A DNA stretch of 64,000 nt from Perna viridis. Its lineage: Eukaryota. The position numbers and the translations under genes are program-made. Location: assembly GCA_037379345.1 (NCBI GenBank), contig CM074525.1, positions 18,092,618 to 18,156,617 on the forward strand. The letters run 5' to 3'. Positions 26,701 to 52,784 of this stretch are shown here, piece after piece (the stretch's first letter is position 1; the number at the start of each line of letters is the position of its first letter). The notes under the pieces are model-generated. The model searched no databases, was not told where the DNA came from, and saw only the letters and a list, made by a program, of their open reading frames with translations.

Positions 26701-28370
26701 TAAGTTATATATTATGTAATGTCCCCAAAAAAATACACCGTCCATGCGAGACCAGACAGGGCAAATTTTGTTTTCATCATTCTGTGCTAATTTGCAAGTG
26801 CCTGTTGTTGTAGAGTAGTAGAGCTACATGTAAACGTATCTGCTTTCTTTGTAAGTTTGTCTCACCCTGAACTATAATCACTAATAAAAACTGAGTATAA
26901 AAAGTTGTTAACTCCATAATGCAGATTGGGAATATCATAACCAGTCAAAATAAGGCCAAAATACACATGTACATATGTACATGTACATGTCCATGAATAT
27001 AATCAATATTTTTATTTTTCAAATTGCCTAAATGGTAATAGGTGATGAAGCTCATTCTTAAATGTATAGAAATTCATCTAAATTTTTATCATAATGACCA
27101 CATGAGAAACTTTAATCAAAGCAAAAGGCTACATCTCTATCTATTAAAGCTTTTGCAATGTAGTAAAACACCTGCTAAATTAAACATTTTGAAGACCCAC
27201 ATGTTATTTGATTGGAACTCTTGGGACATTATCAAAAAAATCTACTTCTGATTTTAGTAAAACAAGACTCTTTGCTGTACCGAGAACTGCTTTACCAATA
27301 AAATTACAAATATTTGGAATGTCCTTTTTTTCTGGGTTATCCTAAATCAAATGTTGTACAAACGGTAAATGAAATTAATTCCTAATCCATTTTATTCAAA
27401 AGGGAACCTATTCAATGCTTCACTTGCACTTAAGGTAAATGCCTTACTCATATTAAGATATCATTTTTTTGTTTTATTTCATTTTGAAAATAGACAGATA
27501 GATAGCTTTATTTAGATTGAATATCAACATACATTTTTACTATTACATTCATACATCACAAATACATTCACATCACAATATAAATACACTTAGATCATAA
27601 TATAAATACATTTATACATTACTAAGTTCACATTCGTATTGATACTTAAAATATTACCTAGCCAATAATGTATCTAGGCCAAATGTAAAAATTCAAAGTT
27701 TAAGCCATAAAAGTATGTAACAGTTGTTGATATTTAACCTAGGATGGCCCATAAAAACTTTACAGCTTATTTCCAATGGGGTCCTTTATAGCAATTAAGG
27801 TTTTAAAAAAATAATGCATACTGCACATGCTCTTTGTGGGAAACACTATAATGTTGTAAATATCTATGGTTCCTCTTAAAAAAATATTTTGCAATCTGTG
27901 ATCTGGTAAATTAGGATCCATTAACTGAAATTAACCTCTAATACAATCAAATAAGTTGGACATACAACAGTTAACTGTTAAAATAGGCATTTGAAAAAGC
28001 ACTGAACTACAAAATTAAGAAAATACAGTCACTGGAATGAGTAATTCATTATTTGTCATGAAACTGGGTCACACTGAAGTGAAGGTACATACATCATTGT
28101 CATGTATTGGCAACCCGTTTTGGGCAATGACAAGCTATTAATCTAGTCACAAATTTACCTGAGAGATGATTCGAGGCCTTCCTCTATGTGGGAGAACCTA
28201 GATTTTGTCTCCTTCTCTCCTACATCACTATTATTCGACGGTGACATTTTGTAAACATTAGCATTGTCAGAAATTTGTGTTGCTTGTTTCGCATTTTGTG
28301 GCCAAAAAACAGGATCGATTTGAACAATATCTACTCTAAATGCATCTTGACATGCCAATACACTATTCAT
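12480..28370 (-). CDS. RFX7: RFX7-like (RFX5/RFX7 subfamily) winged-helix transcription factor; join(complement 28159-28370, 26641-26674, 24321-24406, 23731-23862, 22318-22434, 20934-21015, 19649-19850, 12480-17731), ~2038 aa
   Basis: The exons splice in phase (6117 nt) and give VEKLFLYLKLPTG, the RFX DBD [74 protein letters not shown] and ASCQLVCEWAHKLL. These match the recalled human RFX7 N-terminus block by block. The start Met is uncertain (28370, or the downstream MSPSNN). Confidence 0.93.
18517..18705. mobile_element. Kolobok-like MITE with TTAA TSD
   Basis: TTAA|GGAGGTAGA...TCTACCTCC|TTAA; TIR ~25 bp. Confidence 0.8.
18894..18975 (+). mobile_element. Penelope-like fragment encoding SSLQKFYGRHHELVDR
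   Basis: Matches ~3955-4030. Confidence 0.7.
19649..19850 (-). CDS. RFX7: RFX7 exon 7 (PGNEDDEIHTASCQLVCEWAHKLL...AAFTVIAAMEDAGIQNIK)
   Basis: CACAG acceptor, G|GTTGG donor; conserved post-DBD helical domain of RFX5/7. Confidence 0.92.
20934..21015 (-). CDS. RFX7: RFX7 exon 6 ([27 protein letters not shown])
   Basis: Follows the AC acceptor of the U12 intron; GTAAGT donor; completes the DBD and carries a PxLPxL motif. Confidence 0.93.
21241..21436. mobile_element. TA-flanked MITE (Tc1/mariner-like) inside the U12 intron; related pieces near 38320-38490 and 51230-51350
   Basis: TA|CTGTGAAA...TTTCACAG|TA with an extended imperfect IR. Confidence 0.7.
21978..22287. repeat. Minisatellite, ~87-bp unit x ~3.5, near-identical copies
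   Basis: CGACAGTTTACTGAAATAAAATATTAGGTAGTAAGTACAAAAA occurs four times. Confidence 0.95.
22318..22434 (-). CDS. RFX7: RFX7 exon 5, second half of RFX DBD
   Basis: TTTCAG acceptor; [38 protein letters not shown]; ends at the ATATCCTT U12 donor. Confidence 0.95.
22817..22951 (+). mobile_element. 3'-end fragment of the Penelope-like element (RFX7 intron 4)
   Basis: Matches ~4205-4337. Confidence 0.8.
23111..23322. mobile_element. Kolobok-like MITE, same family
   Basis: TTAA|GGAGGTAGA...TCTACTTCC|TTAA. Confidence 0.8.
23731..23862 (-). CDS. RFX7: RFX7 exon 4, first half of RFX DBD
   Basis: TTCTCAG acceptor, GTACGG donor; [30 protein letters not shown]. Confidence 0.95.
24321..24406 (-). CDS. 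RFX7: RFX7 exon 3 (SEVKSLSDVEKLFLYLKLPTGDSCKDLR)
   Basis: polyT-CAG acceptor, GTAAGA donor; RFX5/7 N-terminal EKLYLYLQLP-type motif; missed by the ORF track. Confidence 0.92.
25246..25400 (-). mobile_element. 3'-end fragment of the Penelope-like element (RFX7 intron 2)
   Basis: Reverse complement of ~4185-4337. Confidence 0.8.
26641..26674 (-). CDS. RFX7: RFX7 exon 2, 34-nt micro-exon (KEAQNTINRIV)
   Basis: TTGTAG acceptor and GTAAGT donor; phase-consistent; positionally equivalent to the recalled human KTVQSKVDCIL segment. Confidence 0.75.
28159..28370 (-). CDS. RFX7: RFX7 coding exon 1 (MNSVLACQ...IEEGLESSL)
   Basis: Open frame ending at donor AG|GTAAA; phase 2 fits the next exon; lies at the edge of a CpG-containing promoter-like region. 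Confidence 0.65.
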
Positions 28371-28465
28371 GCTGCAAATCACAGCTATGTAACGTCTTCA
28401 ACGGAATAAAATTTAAAAGTTTTTACAATCAAGCGATTTAGTTTGATCTCCATTGTTGGTATTTT

Positions 28466-28480
28466 TACTGCGCATGCTCT
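28466..28480. promoter_or_regulatory. NRF1-like motif TGCGCATGC in the putative RFX7 proximal promoter
   Basis: About 100 bp upstream of the putative start, in a locally CpG-retaining stretch; partial match to YGCGCATGCGCR. Confidence 0.4.
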
Positions 28481-29269
28481 TTGAGCGAAACGCTCTAATG
28501 TCGTAAACATTTATGGTCCCTCTTAAAAAAATTGAGATGTGCTTTACTTACGTTTTCTTTTCTTTTTTCGTATTGTCAATAGATGGCATTGATTTTCAAC
28601 AATTAATATATTCCAAAAAATTTCAAATACTAAAATTACGACATTTATCTAAATTCATGCTCAGTTCCGCTCTCGATCCCGTTTTCTTTTATCACATAAC
28701 CGGTAAGGATTTTTTATTCACATTTATTTTTTTACAAGGGCTGAGCGAATATTTCAGATTAGATGCCCTTAATGCCGAGCGCATCGAGCCAAACGATTTA
28801 GGCCGGGTAAATTTGTGGAAAATCGATCAAGATTTCGTGCTAAAATATACATTTGTTTCAATAAAACGTGGACACGAGCGCCCCTCCGCCCTATTTGAAT
28901 CTTCCACTGCGTAATTCAAAAGATAATTTGCATGAATGTTGTGAATTAAAATATGCCAGTGGAAATCAAGTGCCCGACCTAGACTCTTTTCAAAACTCAA
29001 AATGTCTATTAAAAAATATGTACAGCCTGGAATCCCGCAAGGAAAGGCTTGATTTGAAATCAGGTTTACTTTCCATTTCACATTATGTTCTAGACAATTG
29101 TCACTTATGAGTTGCTTTATAGTACCGTTGGTTTTGCACTTATTCATTCACTTACACTTGTATCAATCTTAAACTTAAACATAGGACAGTTATCTGTTTA
29201 TAATGTACATGTACTTGTATCAGTAGTTGTAAGGTGGAGGTGTGACATATGTCGAGATGTCCAACGGCT

Positions 29270-29455
29270 GATATACCAGACAAGCTGCATGGGGCCGAAG
29301 ACGTCAGAGCTTGTCCCATACCAAAAACATGAGACTTTTCTAGAAAGTCGAAATTCTGTAAATTCAAGGAAATACAGTTTTTTTTTATTATTATTTTATG
29401 TACATCAGACAACACTATTGACATGTTTTTCACTCTGTGCTAAATTTACACACCG
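29270..29455 (+). repeat. Dispersed repeat, second copy at ~60172-60360
   Basis: Shared ACGTCAGA.CTTGTCC..GAATTCTGTAAAT..TACATCAGACAACACTA.TG.CATGTTTTTCACT. Confidence 0.7.
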
Positions 29456-30033
29456 TCTATTTTTATAAAATTATACAATAGTTTACTCCATGATTCTCGT
29501 GATTCAACCATTGACCGTATGAGCAATCTCGGAATACTATCGTATAACCCCTATACAAAAATATTACAAAATGCAGTCTACGGGGACAAAATAAAAAGCT
29601 TTTTAGTTTTATTTTTGCAATTGTAAACTTTTCAATCATTAAGCTAAAACATTGTGTGTCGTGAAGCATACATTTTTTCATTATAACCTTACTTATACAA
29701 CTATGTTCTTTTAAACGATCTAATTCTATCAATATCTAAGTTGAAAATGTTTCATACGATTATACGGAAAATTGATTGTTAAATGGTGGTACATAGTTTC
29801 CTTTCGTTGTTATTTTCTATGTGGGTATAATTTTGCATTTAAGGGAAAGACCACCTTTGCATTAAGTTAGGCTCTTCTGAAAAATCATACACATGTAAGA
29901 CTCATGTAACCTAAAATAAATAGCCTTTAATGCAAAATGCTCTTTTGTAAAATGCACACAGCTATGCGAAATTCGAAATCCTTGAGATATATGTGAATAG
30001 CCAAAACTCTTCTATCTGAACATGGGGGTTTGC

Positions 30034-30136
30034 TATCAAATATGCAGCCCCACTAGTATATAACCACGGGGCTATATCAAGGAATTAAATATATTTAACT
30101 CTTTGGTTATATACTAGTGGGGCTGTATATTTGATA
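30034..30136. repeat. 33-bp inverted repeat (hairpin); single arms recur near 55195 and 60915
   Basis: TATCAAATATGCAGCCCCACTAGTATATAACCA ... TGGTTATATACTAGTGGGGCTGTATATTTGATA. Confidence 0.85.
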
Positions 30137-30398
30137 ATGGGAGCAAACCCCTCTGATTAGATTCCTACATCCTTTCTGTGAAAGAAATATACACGCAAAA
30201 CAATCATTAGAAATAATAAAGTTACTATTTAAGACTCCGGAAACCCCTAAAAAATCAATGCAACTGTTTCTGTTCATTTTTTGCTGTATACACCTTCTGT
30301 AGTTTGTGGCATGCTGTCTTTATACCTGTATTTAAACGAGAGAATTATTACATATGATATGAACACACGATCATATCCTGTGTATTTTCCTACAAAAT

Positions 30399-30785
30399 TA
30401 AGTCATCACTACAGAAGTTTTATAGTCGTCTTCATGAACTCGTGGATCGTAACGGTGTATCCATGCATCTGCACCATACATGAAAACTGATTTGTTCTAC
30501 GTGGTTCGACGTGTCATAGTTGGTCTACACTTGACTTGACTTTTTATGAGCAACTCGGCGAGTCAAAAGCAGAGGACGCTTACCCTTCCAATGCACCTGG
30601 TCCATGCTTCCAGTTTTTAGTGGAGTCAGAGTTGCTCATTTACTTTTGTTACTTTGTATGTATTATTTTGGTTATTTTATGTTCCTTGTTGTGTGTGTGT
30701 GTGTGCGTTTTCCATGTCTGGTCTTTGTCCATGGATTGCATTCTTTTGATTTCCGCTAGAATCTTGGTTCCCTTGATTACTCTTC
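30399..30785 (+). mobile_element. 5'-truncated 3' end of the same Penelope-like element
   Basis: Colinear with ~3950-4337, ending in CCCTTGATTACTCTT. Confidence 0.85.
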
Positions 30786-31773
30786 CATACTACTACCAAT
30801 GTTGAAATATCATTATAGAACAGGAATGGGTTTACATACTTTCAAAAATAATTTAATACTTTCAATTACTTTGGAAATTTGTCAAATACATTACATTGCA
30901 ATTATTTTGACTTTTAAAATGTATTTGGCTTTTTCATATACGTTTCAAAATGTAATAGAAAGGAATTCACCTTTATAACACACTATTTTATAATTTTTTG
31001 TTTGACACTTTCTTAATCACTTTCACACCTTTTCTAATTCAAAATAATGTTGATATTTGGGTGTCTAAATATGTCCTCAGGGCACTGTGGAGAGACAATT
31101 TTAATGACTGTCTAATGTGGATTAGTAGATTAAACAAAGACCGGAACATAACTAATTAATATGTATCAAATGATCAAAGGTGTGATAACTTTATTAGGTG
31201 TCATCCTGGTTTGCCCACTTTTAATTAATGGATTAAATAAACATATAATATAACAAATATGCATTATATATGTGCACTATGTTACTATACAGTACGAAGC
31301 ATTAAGAGAAAAAATATAATGTATGGTACCATGTCTTGCCGACAACATTTAATGCAAGCAGTTGATGTAATCTGAAAGTTTCTCAGCATTTAATTTTATT
31401 CGGCTGCAGTGCGTATGACGTGTATAACACAAGATTAAACCATCAACACCCGAGTTAAGGAACGAAGCAACACAAAAATGTGACGTATAAAAAGTTACAT
31501 AAAAAAGTCGCGGTAAATAAAGTCACTCTTTATATATAGTGAGGTTTTTAGTGAAAATATCCATTGTAAATTTTAAAAATTTGTTCTTCATCATACCTTT
31601 TATATCATTTAATACTGAAATTAAATAATTTTACAGTGTGTTTGCATATTAATGTCTGATAAGTTGAAAGTTTAATTTTTAAATAAAAAAATCCAATTTT
31701 CATAGTAGCCATTTAGTTTCTTACTTGTACTTATAAAGTGGCCACATCTACCAGTACATTTGGAAGACAAGTG

Positions 31774-31895
31774 AAAGAGTAATCAAGAGAACCAAGGTTA
31801 TAGCGGTAATCAACAAAATGTAATCCAGGTAAAAAGACCAGACATGGAAAACAGACATACACAACAAAGAACATAAAGTAACTAAAATCATACAT
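31774..31895 (-). mobile_element. 3'-end fragment of the Penelope-like element
   Basis: Reverse complement of ~4220-4337. Confidence 0.75.
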
Positions 31896-33384
31896 GAAGA
31901 ATAAGAAACATTATTGCGTCAGCATTTACAAAAAATATCAATTATGAGCGGCTTGACAATAATATAAACAAGGAGTTAAATGTAAATCCTTGATATAAAT
32001 AAAGAAAATATTTGCAATCACGAAATATTATACATAAACAATTATACGGGGTTGAGTAGTAACTTAGTAACTGCAGAGAGCAAAATTGCATGTAATTTAG
32101 ATATACTGTAAATAGCTATGAATGTAAATGAGACCTAATACCCCAACTCACTCTTAAGAAGCACACGATGTTGTATTTTTTTTTTTTTTAGATTTGGCCA
32201 CTAACAATAATCAATAATAATTGGAAAAAAAATATTTTAACCTTAACAGGCGATATGCTGGGCCATCTATAGCACAAAATGATACTCATTTTCAATACTC
32301 TGCATATAATCTATCTTGTTGAATCTGGTTAATATATCGCCCAAGAAGTCACAGAAAATACTACCATAGTTATTATGATTGAAATCAATTACTTACATGT
32401 ATATAGTTATAATTCTGAATATTCTCTATATATTGGCTCTGCCCCATCCCACAATTGTTATTGAACATCGTTTATCCATCACACTGTCTCCATATGTCTT
32501 AATTAATAATGTCAATCACTTGTATGTAATTCTCTGCTCTATCAAAGGGTCTTTTCATGGGAATAAACGATCTTATCTTATCTTCTGACCATGCTGAATA
32601 AATGACAATTTATTGGTATCACATGTGACACTGTAATTTGGCAGACGGAAGGAAAAGGAACAGGTATGGTAAAACGCAACAAATGCACCATCGTATAACT
32701 GCAGGGAGCAGAGAAACTACCAATATTGGGGTCTCACTAATTGCCGACAAGAAGCGTCAAGAAGCAACAAGAAATTGATATTGTAAGAAGTTATATTATA
32801 AAAAAAAAACAATTTGCGCATGCATTGTTGATATGAATAAGCCATTTAAGGTTAAAATACAAAAGATAGTGACAAAAGAATGAAGAGGAAATGATTCTTT
32901 GAGCAAAATAAATTTTGTGACTTTAATAGTAAAGTTATACATCTGTATATATACAAATTTAAGATGCTATATTTCTTTGTGGTTTTTGCGTTATACACGT
33001 GCTTAGAGTTGACCAGAGTTCCAAAATGATCGTTGTTTTGTTTTTGTTTTGTTTTGTTTTTGCTTTTGTTTTTTGGGTTTTTTTGGGTTTTTTTTCTCAA
33101 TTTCTTTATTTTTTAATTTTAAAATGAAATAAAAATGTTTAAAAATTTTGAGGCACGTGTTCCAGCTATTTAAGTCTCATCAGTAACGCTTTGCCAAAAA
33201 TAACAGAATTAAATGCAAATTTAAAAAGACCAAATTATTTCTTCGGATTTTCTTTGTTTTATAAATTTGTAATTTGTTCAATTTTTGAATTTAGAGATAT
33301 TGAAGTAACTTGTGTTTTCTAATTTTTATTTTATTTTTGTTAGTCTCATCTGGAGCGCTTTGCAAATTTGGAATAGGTTTTTAT

Positions 33385-34482
33385 ATTAGATACTTTAAAT
33401 TCTGAATATATTTTAAGTCTCTAGGTTGGTGGTCAGAATTAAAATTTTCAGTGAAAACCTGTTTCACTGTTTTACCTCATTCAATATCATTTTGCACTTT
33501 ATTTTTGGTAGCTGGCGAAGTGCGAATGTACTTTTGCTTTGTAATTCTTGCGTTCCCATGTCTATTTATGTCATCAATGGGATAAGAACTAATATATTCG
33601 GCATATGCTTTAGAAATAGTGTCATTTGAATGGCCAGGCATTTTCTCAAACCAACATATTCTCTTCTTGTATTGCTTATCCCTTTTTAGAGATACGTAGT
33701 AACGCTTTAGCACCAATAAATTATAATCGTCTGGTTGAGGTTCTAAAGGAATAAATTCCTTTTTTATTTCTTTGCAATAAAGGCCATTCATGTTGACACA
33801 TGACTGAAGAGTGCCGTCAACTTTTCGTACATAATATGTAGTTTTGGTGGATGTTGTTTTGGAATCCAATGTTCCACAATCATCCCAATACCCCACTTTC
33901 TTTGATTGTGCTCTCTTATTTGTGTTTGCAGTATGATCTAACCCAATTCTAGGTGGATAGACTGACTGAATCGGACAGCCAATAACTGTTGCTGCCCCTA
34001 CGATGGCCCAGGCTGATGACCAGCTTTTGTTTGTGGCAGCACTTTTGCATGCCTGATCATAAATATTAGATACAAGTTTTATACTATCATATTTATGAGT
34101 GTCTTGTTTTGCTTTATTGGTTACAAGTTCAATGCAAGTTAAAACCCAGAGCCGACTTGCTAGGTTTTCATTGCCCGTAATATCAACCGACAGTGCATTA
34201 AAGAGACAATTGCCATTGCTAGAGACATTGATCGGTTTTCTGTCAATGAAAGATATTTTGTGCTCATTCAGGGTCTGTTTAGATACATTGTCTTGTACCA
34301 AAGCAGATTGAGCTGAATAAGTTAAGTCAGTCTCATCTATACTTCTACAGTGCGTTAAGGTATTGGACTGGTCTTTCTTTATTTTTTTTACATTTATTGT
34401 GAAACCATGATTCACATGATTCACAGTAAACACAAAGGCTTGTGCAATTTTTGCCGCAGTCTCCACAAGGATACTTTGCCAT
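33385..34482 (-). pseudogene. Frameshifted transposon ORF: PHD-like finger + vertnin-like OTU cysteine protease + N-terminal part of a MULE transposase (DDE domain missing)
   Basis: ATG at 34482 gives MAKYPCGDCGKNCTSLCVYCESCESWFHNKC. The track ORF has NGNCLFNALS..SWSSAWAI..IQSVYPP, then HGNA..KYIRT. After another frameshift comes PRDLKYIQNLKY. Confidence 0.8.
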
Positions 34483-34486
34483 TTTG

Positions 34487-34695
34487 ATTCCCTTGTCCAA
34501 GGGGAAAACCGTCTACCAAAGGGTTTGTAATACCGATGGTATTATATAACTTCACTCCCCTTACCAAAGGGGAACCCTGTTCAAAAGAATTTGGACTAAC
34601 ACCGATGGTATTAATCTTAAAAAAATTTTATTCCCTTGCCCAAGGGGAAGCCCTGCTCCTGGGAGTATCTATTTATTAACACCGATGGTATTAAT
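34487..34695. repeat. Three ~70-bp direct repeats upstream of the MULE ORF
   Basis: Each has the hairpin TCCCTTG(n)CCAAGGGGA (or a variant) and ACCGATGGTATTA. Confidence 0.8.
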
Positions 34696-36017
34696 GTCAG
34701 CGTATCAAAGCGACACTGTATGCAAATACGTAGCAAAGATTCTTACAAACGCACAGAGTCGTACTTTTGCAAGAACCAGAGTGACTGATTTGGGTCCGGT
34801 ATTTATATTAAAGATGAATAAAAAGTTCGGCTTCTTCAGCTTGGGTGTATTGAATGGATGTATAAGATGAGTTAAGTTTTGGTTTTTGTCAGCTTGTTAG
34901 AAAAAAAAATTCTGTACTAGTTACCCTTCGAACGCAAATGACGAACAAAACAACCACGCTTAGAATCATCAGCAGTGTTTTTACTTTACTTAGTTTTCTG
35001 GTCTATGGCTTCATAAATTATGATGCTAAAAAAACTTACTACGGCACATATTATTTTTAATTTTCACATCAAAAGAATCAATGTGTTTAATTCTGAAGGT
35101 TACAACTACAATTCTAGCAACCAAAACTCTTGATTGTGAGATCAAAGGGTGAGTGGCTTCTCTTAGGTAATTAATATCATAACTACCCCAATTAACAATT
35201 TAACGACCTACATGCCGAGGAAAGCCCACGTGCCAACATAAGTCAGTGGTTAACGCCTTGTTGACTGGCGCGTGGATGAATGTCATAACTTAATTAATCC
35301 GATTGGCTGATATGCATAAATATACAAATCTATCGAAATGTAGAATGATCTAGAATCCTGACATATCTGCATTCTTTAAGAATGATTTCAAATAATTTTT
35401 AAAAGTAAAAATAGCATATAACATCAAAGAAATAGATAACATATATCTTAATCTTTTGATAAAAACAGAGCATTTTTAAACTCAAATCTTTGCAAATTAC
35501 GTTATTTTCACCCTTTTCATCAATTTATTTCTTTATCATATTTTAAAATGTCATTTACAATGACATATTTGATTAATATTAGTTTCTCGAAATTTTAAAA
35601 CTTATATGGCAAATTTTTGCCAGAGACATTAATGTCTCTGTTTTTATCAACTTTGCAAACAAATAGAACCAGGGATTTATAAAATCTTACAATTACTACT
35701 ATTTTTTTCATCTTTTTATAATTCAAGCAGCAAATAAATATAGTCTCTCTCCTCTTGTCGGTATTTTTTAGTTTCCTGTCGCTAATACAATTTCTTGTCG
35801 CTTCTTGACGCCTCTTGTCGGTAATTAGTGAGACCGCAATATTGTGATGCAACAAAATAACAAAAAAAGACAGAAAAAAATATACGGTGCTTATTGGTGA
35901 ATCAATATTGATGGTCCATGCAACCGTACCATATATATTAGAACGATAGCACCCAAATGCCGTCCGAGTTTAGAAGGTAGGTGCAAATTCGCCCTCCTCG
36001 TTTTAGGTATATTCGCC

Positions 36018-36046
36018 GATTTACGGCAACAATAGTATGCGTCAAA

Positions 36047-36053
<7 letters not shown>
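36018..36053 (+). promoter_or_regulatory. TEX9 start region: X-box half-site (GGCAAC) and YY1-like AAAATGGCGG over the ATG
   Basis: Motifs read directly from the sequence; the left X-box half is poor. Confidence 0.3.
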
Positions 36054-50800
<14,747 letters not shown>

Positions 50801-51550
50801 TCTAAGGGGAGATAACTTAACTGTGACAAGGGAGATAATTCTACATGTAGTCTGTGATTGATATTTTTATGTTATTTATTCATTAAATTATAACATTTTA
50901 TGATAATTTTACTTAAATATCATACATTCTTTATGAATTAGTCTTATAACTATTTCTTGGATGGCTACATAATCATCGAACCATGTACAGTGTGATAGAA
51001 ACATGTGACTTAAAAAATGCTGATGCAGTTGGTTGTATGATTGCATGGCATTGTCTTTGAAAGCTGATTGGTTGAATGATTCTCACATTGTTCTCCTATA
51101 ACAAGTAGTGACATCATAGACAGATAATCATATGAATTTCTGTCACAACAGATGCTAAATATGCAAGTCTAATACTCCAACAGTATCATAGAAAAAAAGT
51201 TGTATGACTATTGAAATAATATTCAAAATTCTGTGAAAGTACTATTGTTTGTGGGGTACCAATTTTCGTAGTTTTCATGGATTGGGCAAACCACAAAATT
51301 TTGTCTCCAACAAAAAGAATAATTCCATTGTTGTGTTTACTGAAAACCACATATTATAAAACCAATATAACTATTATATAGAATATGTTGTACTATCTTT
51401 GACAGGCTAACAATATACAGCTATTCAGAAAATCAACTTCCATCATCCTAAAAACTTTGCATCTTTACAGCATCCTCGTAAAACAGTTTGACCATTGAGG
51501 AATGTCTTGAATAATAGCAATCCCAGAATGCAATATATTTTCTGAATCAG

Positions 51551-51836
51551 TCCATTTACATATCTTACTTGACATATTTCCTTCTGCCCTTCAGGAGAAT
51601 CCTGTGGTTTATAAGTCCTCCATTTACATATCTTAGTTGGCATATTTCCGTCTCCCCTTCAGGAGAATCCGGTTATTTATAAGTCCTCTCCATTTACATA
51701 TCTTACTTGACATATTTCCTTCTCTCCTTCAGGAGAATCCTGTGATTTATAAGTCCTGTCCATTTACATATCTTACTTGACATATTTCCCTCTCCCCTTC
51801 AGGAGAATCCTGTGATTTATAAGTCCTCTCCATTTG
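51551..51836. repeat. Minisatellite, ~70-bp unit x4
   Basis: CCATTTACATATCTTA..CTTCAGGAGAATCC..TTTATAAGTCCT repeated. Confidence 0.95.
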
Positions 51837-52784
51837 TCTCTTTTATGTTGCTATTTTGGTACCTTCAGTCCTTGACTTAATGCCCACATCTTTTCTATCA
51901 TTTTCCCCCATTTTTTCTTGGGTAATCCTCTTTTCCCCCTCAAGAATCCTGAGTTTACAGGATTTTTAAAAATGATGTATTCATCCATTTTGTCCACAAA
52001 ACTTGTAAGCACAACTTCTTAGACTAATTAAAACATTTTAATGGTTTTAAGCTGTTAAGTGTGCCTCATTTCCCATATTTTTCACCAACTGAATAAAATA
52101 AAAACAAAAAGTTACCATTCAACATTTTTTCTAAATGTGAGCAATTTAAAAAGTTACTCTCATCACTTTGTGCACCATTTAAATAGCCTCCCTATATCTT
52201 TGGTTTTCATAAAAATGGCATGAAAACTAATGCATAAAATTAACTTTGTATGGCCTTATAAACTACTCCATGATTTTTGATAACCTTAAATGATTAGGTT
52301 AAAAATCAGAAAAAAAAAGATTTTTGTCAGATATTGTCATGGGAAACACTAATATTTTACATATATGAAAGTGCACAACTTTCTTCACACAGGCTTCTGA
52401 GGATTTGTAAAGGTATAACGGTAGTCTTGTGGTAACATGTCCATGCATTTTGAGAGTGGGAGATTATGTGTATGATCTTATGATTTTACTAAACTGAGAT
52501 TATGCTCGTCTGTGAAATTGTATCACTAGGTTTTTTACCGAATTCATATTCAAATTCTTATTATTCCAATCATGGTCCCGTAGGGAACATTTAAACTCAA
52601 CATTAATATCCATCAGATATTCTAAAAAGAAGGTCAGACTGGGATTGTTTTTGAGGATTATTACCTAACTTGATTTTGTGGGTTGTGGATTGAAAAGGGC
52701 CAAGAGCAAACATTTTCAGTTTCCAAACAATAACGTAGGAACAAGTGTATGGATTTCTATGAAGTTATACCACATAGTCCCTTA

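Larger units (their letters stand above)
32729..35836 (-). mobile_element. Mutator-like (MULE) DNA transposon, internally deleted, ~50-bp TIRs and 8-bp TSD CAATATTG
   Basis: Left GGGTCTCACTAATTGCCGACAAGAAGCGTCAAGAAGCAACAAGAAATTG is the near-perfect reverse complement of 35789-35836; CAATATTG at 32721-28 and 35837-44; decayed coding sequence inside. Confidence 0.85.

Noticed and set aside
22834-30805. Three similar hydrophobic ORFs (22834, 25129, 30536) resembling a small membrane-protein family
   Set aside because: They translate the T-rich 3' UTR of the Penelope-like element
33153-33192. Hammerhead-like CTGATGAG on the minus strand
   Set aside because: The required GAAA core reads GGAA and stem II is poor; at best a dead remnant
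34487-34695. CRISPR-like repeat/spacer appearance (also 21978-22287 and 51551-51836)
   Set aside because: Eukaryotic context, no cas genes, and units are tandem repeats without unique spacers
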